Positions 1 to 5,855 of a stretch of DNA of 5,855 bases are shown piece after piece (positions within the stretch are counted from its first letter, which is position 1; every line of letters starts with the position of its first letter). The stretch lies in the IMG/VR virus record IMGVR_UViG_3300028996_000015. One strand, written 5' to 3'. Under the pieces are notes generated by a model. It made no database searches and was not told the DNA's origin. It saw only the letters and a list, made by a program, of their open reading frames with translations. The DNA is from a virus. Lineage: Duplodnaviria; Heunggongvirae; Uroviricota; Caudoviricetes. Position numbers and translations under genes: made by a program.

Positions 1-592
1 CCGCCGCATCGACCTTCGAGTGAAAACGGGGTCCGAAGCCATCCGGGCGCTGGCCATGCAGATCCCGGCGTTTCGTCAGAAACTGAGCGACGGCTGGTAT
101 CAGGTACGGATTGCCGGGCGGGACGTCAGCACGTCCGGATTAACGGCGCAGTTACATGAGACTCTGCCTGATGGCGCTGTGATTCATATTGTTCCCAGAG
201 TCGCCGGGGCCAAGTCAGGTGGTGTATTCCAGATTGTCCTGGGAGCAGCCGCCATTGCCGGATCATTCTTTACCGCCGGAGCCACCCTTGCAGCATGGGG
301 GGCAGCCATTGGGGCCGGTGGTATGACCGGTATCCTGTTTTCTCTCGGTGCCAGTATGGTACTTGGTGGTGTGGCGCAGATGCTGGCACCGAAAGCTAGA
401 ACTCCCCGTACACAGACAACGGATAACGGTAAGCAGAACACCTATTTCTCCTCACTGGATAACATGGTTGCCCAGGGCAATGTTCTGCCTGTTCTGTACG
501 GTGAAATGCGCGTGGGGTCGCGGGTGGCTTCTCAGGAGATCAGCACGGCAGACGAGGGGGACGGTGGTCAGGTTGTGGTGATTGGTCGTTGA
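1..592 (+). CDS. I: Tail (tip) assembly protein I, 5'-truncated by the window edge; reading frame starts at position 2, stop TGA at 590-592
   Basis: Translation from position 2 gives RRIDLRVKTGSEAIRALAMQIPAFRQKLSDGWYQVRIAGRDV...GGQVVVIGR, which I recognise as close to the C-terminal ~190 residues of phage lambda protein I (comparison from memory). The first ATG in the track (20) is internal; the real start lies upstream of the window. Sits immediately upstream of J as in lambda. Confidence 0.93.
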   Translation, partial: RRIDLRVKTGSEAIRALAMQIPAFRQKLSDGWYQVRIAGRDVSTSGLTAQLHETLPDGAVIHIVPRVAGAKSGGVFQIVLGAAAIAGSFFTAGATLAAWGAAIGAGGMTGILFSLGASMVLGGVAQMLAPKARTPRTQTTDNGKQNTYFSSLDNMVAQGNVLPVLYGEMRVGSRVASQEISTADEGDGGQVVVIGR

Positions 593-610
593 TGAAAAAC
601 GTTTTATGTG

Positions 611-637
611 AAACCGCCTCAGGGCGGTTTTGTCGTT
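611..637 (+). terminator. Perfect 8-bp stem / 4-nt loop hairpin (AAACCGCC-TCAG-GGCGGTTT) followed by a T-rich tract in the I-J intergenic spacer; possible intra-operon attenuator or RNA-stability element
   Basis: Inverted repeat read directly: 611-618 pairs with 623-630, followed by tgtcgtttc. Lies between the I stop (592) and the J start (653). The T tract is interrupted, so strength as a terminator is uncertain. Confidence 0.4.
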
Positions 638-652
638 TCTGGAGCGTGAGGA

Positions 653-3600
653 ATGGGTAAAGGCAGCAGTAAGGGGCATACCCCGCGCGAAGCGAAGGAC
701 AACCTGAAATCATCCCAGATGCTGAGCGTGATAGACGCCATCAGTGAAGGGCCGGTTGAAGGTCCGGTGGACGGATTAAAAAGTGTGCTGCTGAACAGTA
801 CGCCAGTGCTGGACAGTGAGGGGAATACCAATATCTCCGGTGTCACGGTGGTTTTCCGGGCAGGTGAGCAGGAGCAGACACCGCCGGAGGGATTTGAATC
901 CTCCGGCTCCGAGACGGTGCTGGGTACGGAAGTGAAGTACGACACGCCGATTACCCGGACCATCACGTCTGCAAACATCGACCGTCTGCGCTTTACCTTC
1001 GGTGTGCAGGCACTGGTGGAAACCACCTCAAAGGGGGACCGGAATCTGTCGGAAGTTCGCCTGCTGGTTCAGATACAGCGTAATGGTGGCTGGGTGACGG
1101 AAAAAGACATCACCATTAAGGGCAAAACCACCTCGCAGTATCTGGCCTCGGTGGTGGTGGATAACCTGCCGCCGCGCCCGTTCAATATACGGATGCGCAG
1201 GATGACGCCGGACAGCACCACAGACCAGCTGCAGAACAAAACGCTCTGGTCGTCATACACCGAAATCATCGATGTGAAACAGTGCTACCCGAACACGGCA
1301 CTGGTCGGCGTGCAGGTGGATTCGGAGCAGTTCGGCAGCCAGCAGGTGAGCCGTAATTATCATCTGCGCGGGCGTATTCTGCAGGTGCCGTCGAATTATA
1401 ACCCGCAGACGCGGCAATACAGCGGTATCTGGGACGGAACGTTTAAACCGGCATACAGCAACAACATGGCCTGGTGTCTGTGGGATATGCTGACCCACCC
1501 GCGCTACGGCATGGGGAAACGTCTTGGTGCGGCAGATGTGGATAAATGGGCGCTGTATGTCATCGGCCAGAATTGCGACCAGTCGGTGCCGGACGGCTTT
1601 GGCGGCACGGAGCCGCGCATTACCTGTAATGCGTACCTGACCACACAGCGCAAGGCGTGGGATGTGCTCAGTGATTTCTGCTCGGCGATGCGCTGTATGC
1701 CGGTATGGAACGGGCAGACGCTGACGTTCGTGCAGGACCGACCGTCGGATAAGGTGTGGACCTATAACCGCAGTAATGTGGTGATGCCGGATGATGGCGC
1801 GCCGTTCCGCTACAGCTTCAGCGCCCTGAAGGACCGCCATAATGCCGTTGAGGTGAACTGGATTGACCCGGATAACGGCTGGGGNNNNNNNNNNNNNNNN
1901 NNNNNNNNNNNNNNNNNNNNNNNNNNNNNNNNNNNNNNNNNNNNNNNNNNNNNNNNNNNNNNNNGGCTGTACCAGCCGGGGGCAGGCACACCGCGCCGGG
2001 CTGTGGCTGATTAAAACGGAGCTGCTGGAAACGCAGACCGTGGACTTCAGCGTGGGTGCTGAAGGGCTTCGCCATGTACCGGGGGATGTCATTGAAATCT
2101 GCGATGATGACTATGCCGGTATCAGCACCGGTGGTCGTGTGCTGGCGGTGAACAGCCAGACCCGGACGCTGACGCTCGACCGTGAAATCACGCTGCCATC
2201 CTCCGGCACCACGCTGATAAGCCTGGTTGACGGTGAGGGTAATCCGGTCAGCGTGGAGGTCCAGTCCGTCACCGACGGCGTGAAGGTGAAAGTGAGCCGT
2301 GTTCCTGACGGCGTTGCTGAATACAGCGTGTGGGGGCTGAAGTTGCCGACGTTGCGCCAGCGCCTGTTCCGCTGCGTGAGTATCCGTGAGAACGACGACG
2401 GCACGTATGCCATCACTGCCGTGCAGCATGTACCGGAGAAAGAGGCCATCGTGGATAACGGGGCGCACTTTGACGGCGACCAGAGCGGCACGGTGAATGG
2501 TGTCACGCCGCCAGCGGTGCAGCACCTGACTGCCGAAGTCACCGCAGACAGCGGGGAATATCAGGTACTGGCCCGCTGGGACACGCCGAAGGTGGTGAAG
2601 GGCGTGAGCTTCCTGCTTCGCCTGACCGTGGCAGCGGACGACGGCAGTGAGCGGCTGGTCAGCACGGCCAGGACGACGGAAACCACATACCGCTTCAGGC
2701 AACTGGCGCTGGGGCGTTACACGCTGACGGTCCGGGCGGCAAATGCGTGGGGACAGCAGGGCGATCCGGCATCGGTATCGTTCCGGATTGCCGCACCGGC
2801 AGCGCCGTCGCGGATTGAGCTGACGCCGGGCTATTTTCAGATAACCGCCACGCCCCATCTTGCCGTTTATGATCCGACGGTACAATTTGAGTTCTGGTTC
2901 TCGGAAACGCGGATTACCGATATCAGGCAGGTTGAAACTACAGCCCGCTATCTTGGCACGGCGCTGTACTGGATAGCTGCCAGTATCAATATCAAACCGG
3001 GCCATGATTATTATTTTTACATCCGCAGTGTGAACACCGTTGGCAAATCGGCATTTGTGGAGGCTGTTGGCCAGCCGAGTGATGATGCATCCGGCTATCT
3101 GGATTTTTTCAAAGGCGAGATAGGGAAAAGCCATCTGGCTCAGGAGCTGTGGACGCAGATTGATAACGGTCAGCTTGCGCCTGACCTGGCTGAAATCAGG
3201 ACGTCCATTACGGATGTCAGCAATGAAATCACGCAGACCGTCAATAAGAAACTGGAAGACCAGAGTGCGGCAATTCAGCAGATACAGAAGGTTCAGGTTG
3301 ATACAAATAATAACCTGAACAGCATGTGGGCTGTGAAGCTGCAGCAGATGCAGGACGGACGCCTTTATATCGCGGGTATTGGTGCCGGTATTGAGAACAC
3401 CCCTGACGGCATGCAGAGTCAGGTGCTGCTGGCGGCGGACAGGATTGCGATGGTTAATCCTGCGAATGGCAACACAAAGCCGATGTTTGTTGGTCAGGGC
3501 GATCAGATATTCATGAACGAAGTGTTCCTGAAATATCTGACGGCTCCCACCATTACCAGCGGCGGTAATCCTCCGGCATTTTCCCTGACACCGGACGGGC

Positions 3601-4136
3601 GGCTGACGGCGAAAAATGCCGATATCAGCGGTAACGTGAATGCGAACTCCGGGACGCTCAACAACGTCACGATTAACGAGAACTGCCGGGTTCTGGGAAA
3701 ACTGTCCGCGAACCAGATTGAAGGCGATCTCGTTAAAACAGTGGGTAAAGCTTTCCCCCGGGACTCCCGTGCACCGGAACGGTGGCCATCAGGGACCATT
3801 ACCGTCAGGATTTATGACGATCAGCCGTTTGACCGACAGATTGTTATTCCGGCGGTGGCATTCAGCGGCGCTAAGCATGAGAGAGAGCATACTGATATTT
3901 ACTCCTCATGCCGTCTGATAGTGCGGAAAAACGGTGCTGAAATTTATAACCGTACCGCGCTGGATAATACGCTGATTTACAGTGGCGTTATTGATATGCC
4001 TGCCGGTCACGGTCACATGACGCTGGAGTTTTCGGTGTCAGCATGGCTGGTAAATAACTGGTATCCCACAGCAAGTATCAGCGATTTGCTGGTTGTGGTG
4101 ATGAAGAAAGCCACCGCAGGCATCAGTATCAGCTGA
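653..4136 (+). CDS. J: Tail tip host-specificity protein / central tail fiber J; a single gene interrupted by an 80-nt N run (1885-1964) that shifts the apparent frame
   Basis: The two track ORFs 653..2014 and 1863..4136 are the two halves of one protein. The N-terminal half ([34 protein letters not shown]...NWIDPDNGW) and the residues after the gap ([31 protein letters not shown]...) both match lambda J as I recall it, and are collinear. Start ATG at 653 with GGAG at 641-644; stop TGA at 4134-4136. Lambda J is known to carry fibronectin-III-like repeats centrally and a C-terminal receptor-binding domain. Confidence 0.95.
1885..1964. other. Run of 80 N (unresolved or masked sequence) inside the J coding region
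   Basis: Seen directly. 80 is not a multiple of 3, so the J frame changes from phase 2 (before) to phase 0 (after); conserved J protein sequence resumes immediately after the run. Confidence 0.99.
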
Positions 4137-4154
4137 ATTTTATAGCCCCAATAC

Positions 4155-4180
4155 GGGCGTCAGAAATGACGCCTTTTTTA
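4155..4180 (+). terminator. Rho-independent terminator downstream of J
   Basis: GGCGTCA (4156-4162), loop GAAA, TGACGCC (4167-4173), then TTTTTTA (4174-4180); starts 20 nt after the J stop. Confidence 0.8.
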
Positions 4181-4203
4181 TTGCAGAAAAGCGAGAGGTA
4201 ATT

Positions 4204-4803
4204 ATGCGTAAATTATGTGCTGTTATTCTGTCCGCAGTAGTCTGGCTGGTTGCCGCTGGTACGCCAGCGAGCGCAGCAGAGCATCAGTCCACACTAAGCG
4301 CCGGGTATCTTCAGACCCATACTGATATGCCAGGCAGTGATGACCTGAAGGGCATTAACGTGAAATACCGTTATGAATTTACGGACACGCTGGGGCTGGT
4401 GACGTCATTCAGTTATGCCAATGCCAAAGATGAGCAAAAAACGCATTACAGCGATACCCGCTGGCATGAAGATTCCGTGCGTAACCGCTGGTTCAGCATG
4501 ATGGCGGGGCCATCTGTACGCGTGAATGAATGGTTCAGTGCTTATGCGATGGCGGGTATGGCTTACAGCCGTGTGTCGACCTTCTCCGGGGATTATCTCC
4601 GCGTAACTGACAACAAGGGGAAAACGCACGATGTGCTGACCGGAAGTGATGACGGTCGCCACAGCAACACGTCTCTGGCGTGGGGGGCTGGCGTGCAGTT
4701 TAACCCGACCGAATCCGTGGCCATTGACCTTGCTTATGAAGGTTCCGGCAGTGGTGACTGGCGCACTGACGGTTTCATCGTGGGTGTCGGTTATAAATTC
4801 TGA
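4204..4803 (+). CDS. lom: Lom outer-membrane beta-barrel protein (Ail/Lom/PagC/OmpX family), a phage moron
   Basis: 199-aa ORF with an N-terminal signal peptide (MRKLCAVILSAVVWLVAAGTPASA, predicted cleavage before AEHQ), the conserved GINVKYRYE motif, and a C-terminus AYEGSGSGDWRTDGFIVGVGYKF that matches lambda Lom as I recall it, ending in the aromatic residue typical of OM beta-barrels. SD GAGAGG at 4193-4198, ATG at 4204. Position between J and stf is as in lambda. Confidence 0.95.
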   Translation: MRKLCAVILSAVVWLVAAGTPASAAEHQSTLSAGYLQTHTDMPGSDDLKGINVKYRYEFTDTLGLVTSFSYANAKDEQKTHYSDTRWHEDSVRNRWFSMMAGPSVRVNEWFSAYAMAGMAYSRVSTFSGDYLRVTDNKGKTHDVLTGSDDGRHSNTSLAWGAGVQFNPTESVAIDLAYEGSGSGDWRTDGFIVGVGYKF

Positions 4804-4830
4804 TTAGCCAGGTAACACAGTGTTATGACA

Positions 4831-4856
4831 GCCCGCCGGTTCAGGCGGGCTTTTTT
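4831..4856 (+). terminator. Rho-independent terminator downstream of lom
   Basis: GCCCGCC (4831-4837), loop GGTTCA, GGCGGGC (4844-4850), then TTTTTT (4851-4856); GC-rich 7-bp stem. Confidence 0.85.
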
Positions 4857-4867
4857 GTGGAGTGGAT

Positions 4868-5855
4868 ATGGCAGCAGTAAAAATCTCAGGTGTGCTGAAA
4901 GATGGTGCGGGAAAACCAATACAGAACTGCACTATTCAACTGAAGGCAAAGCGTAACAGCACCACGGTACTGGTGAACACGGTGGCTTCTGAAAATCCGG
5001 ATGAAGCCGGACGTTACAGCATGGATGTTGAGTATGGCCAGTACAGCGTCACCCTGCTGGTTGAAGGTTTTCCGCCTTCACATGCCGGGACCATTACCGT
5101 CTATGAAGGCTCCAGACCAGGTACGCTGAATGATTTTCTCGGTGCCATGACGGAAGATGATGTCATGCCGGAGGCATTGCGTCGTTTTGAGGCAATGGTG
5201 GAAGAAGTGGCACGCAACGCCGAAGCCGCCTCTCAGAGCGCAGCGGCGGCAAAGAAATCCGAAACTGCAGCGGCATCATCAAAGAACGCGGCGAAAACCT
5301 CAGAAACGAATGCAGCTAATAGTGCACAGGCGGCAGCGACCTCGCAGACTGCATCGGCAAACTCCGCGACAGCAGCCAAAAAATCAGAAACCAACGCGAA
5401 AAATAGCGAGACAGCCGCAAAGACGAGCGAAACCAACGCAAAGTCCAGCCAGACGGCAGCGAAAACCAGCGAAACGAATGCCAAAGCCAGTGAAACTGCG
5501 GCGAAAAGCAGTCAGGATGCAGCAGCCGAAAGCGAGAGCGCGGCAGCTGGTTCTGCGACTTCAGCTGCTGGATCAGCAACTGCTGCGGCTAACAGTCAGA
5601 AAGCAGCGAAGACGAGTGAAACTAACGCAAAGTCCAGCCAGACGGCAGCGAAGACCAGCGAAACGAATGCCAAAGCCAGCGAAACTGCGGCGAAAAGCAG
5701 TCAGGATGCAGCAGCCGAAAGCGAGAGTGCTGCAGCTGGTTCTGCAAGCGCGGCTGCTGCTTCTGCCACTGCATCAGCTAACAGTCAAAAAGCAGCAAAA
5801 ACCAGTGAAACCAACGCAAAGGTGAGTGAAACAGCGGCTGCGAACTCAGCGAAAG
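4868..5855 (+). CDS. stf: Side tail fiber protein Stf, N-terminal portion; 3'-truncated by the window edge
   Basis: My translation in phase 2 from ATG 4868 (GGAG at 4859-4862) is open to the window end: MAAVKISGVLKDGAGKPIQNCTIQLKAKRNSTTVLVNTVASENPDEAGRYSMDVEYGQYSVTLLVEGFPPSHAGTITVYEGSRPGTLNDFLGAMTEDD..., then an Ala/Ser/Thr/Lys-rich repeat region. The N-terminus matches lambda Stf (orf401) as I recall it. The track ORF 5157..5825 is a different frame of this same repeat and is not the gene. Confidence 0.92.
   Translation, partial: MAAVKISGVLKDGAGKPIQNCTIQLKAKRNSTTVLVNTVASENPDEAGRYSMDVEYGQYSVTLLVEGFPPSHAGTITVYEGSRPGTLNDFLGAMTEDDVMPEALRRFEAMVEEVARNAEAASQSAAAAKKSETAAASSKNAAKTSETNAANSAQAAATSQTASANSATAAKKSETNAKNSETAAKTSETNAKSSQTAAKTSETNAKASETAAKSSQDAAAESESAAAGSATSAAGSATAAANSQKAAKTSETNAKSSQTAAKTSETNAKASETAAKSSQDAAAESESAAAGSASAAAASATASANSQKAAKTSETNAKVSETAAANSAK
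5225..5855 (+). repeat. In-frame 21-nt (heptad) periodic Ala/Ser/Thr/Lys-rich region within stf
   Basis: The translation falls into consecutive 7-residue units (TAAKTSE / TNAKSSQ / TAAKTSE / TNAKASE / TAAKSSQ / DAAAESE / SAAAGSA ...) with no register break for at least 30 heptads, running to the window end. Confidence 0.85.
5420..5797 (+). repeat. Two tandem copies of a 189-bp (63-codon, 9-heptad) unit within stf
   Basis: Copy 1 (5420-5608) and copy 2 (5609-5797) each begin aag acg ag(c/t) gaa ac(c/t) aac gca aag tcc agc cag acg gca gcg. The first ~45 codons differ only at a few mostly synonymous positions; the last ~18 are more divergent. A third, degenerate copy begins at 5798. Confidence 0.9.

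Noticed and set aside
348-679. Alternative + strand ORF 348..581 and 3640..3918 overlapping I and J
   Set aside because: Out-of-frame overlaps with well-supported genes, no ribosome-binding site context, Trp/Arg-rich composition. Spurious.
1818-3134. 438-aa ORF on the minus strand, plus other minus-strand ORFs at 184..441, 619..1026, 1069..1269, 1253..2092, 2111..2542 and 3503..3799
   Set aside because: All lie antisense within I or J, which have strong homology-backed identity on the + strand. Their translations are Arg/Pro/His-rich with no recognisable motifs, and several run through the N block. They are shadow ORFs typical of GC-rich coding sequence.
653-4136. J as two separate genes, or as a frameshifted pseudogene
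   Set aside because: The frame change coincides exactly with the 80-nt N block and conserved J sequence continues on both sides. The split is best explained by unresolved sequence, though a real lesion cannot be excluded from this window alone.
5157-5825. 222-aa Arg/Lys/Gln-rich + strand ORF that looks like a highly basic nucleic-acid-binding protein, and minus-strand ORFs 5233..5484 and 5316..5579
   Set aside because: These are out-of-frame or antisense readings of the stf heptad repeat. The phase-2 frame starting at ATG 4868 gives a Stf N-terminus matching lambda and is open across the whole region.
5225-5855. CRISPR-like or other non-coding repeat array
   Set aside because: The repeats are in-frame, tandem with no unique spacers, and encode the Ala/Ser/Thr-rich shaft of Stf. 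There is no repeat-spacer architecture.
1-5855. A novel defence, toxin-antitoxin or other undescribed system somewhere in the window
   Set aside because: Every substantial ORF is accounted for by I, J, lom and stf in the standard lambda order, and the intergenic spaces are short and hold only terminators and ribosome-binding sites. The only accessory cargo is lom, a well-known moron. Any novelty is limited to allelic variation such as the J C-terminus and the stf repeats, not a new system.

Overview
This window reads as an ordinary lambdoid (lambda-like siphovirus) tail tip and fiber module, all on the + strand, most likely from an enterobacterial prophage. It contains the 3' end of tail assembly gene I (1-592), the complete host-specificity / central tail fiber gene J (653-4136, interrupted by an 80-nt run of N at 1885-1964 that splits it artificially in the ORF track), the moron gene lom (4204-4803) bracketed by two rho-independent terminators, and the 5' part of side tail fiber gene stf (4868 to the window end, absent from the ORF track because it has no stop). 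I do not see a novel or undescribed system here: gene order I-J-lom-stf is the canonical lambda arrangement and there are no defence, toxin or regulatory genes. The points worth a second look are the unresolved gap in J, a J C-terminal region that appears divergent from lambda (possible altered receptor specificity), the lom moron cassette, and a strongly periodic Ala/Ser/Thr-rich repeat in stf that includes a near-perfect 189-bp tandem duplication. Identifications rest on my own translation and on recalled lambda protein sequences; no database search was run.
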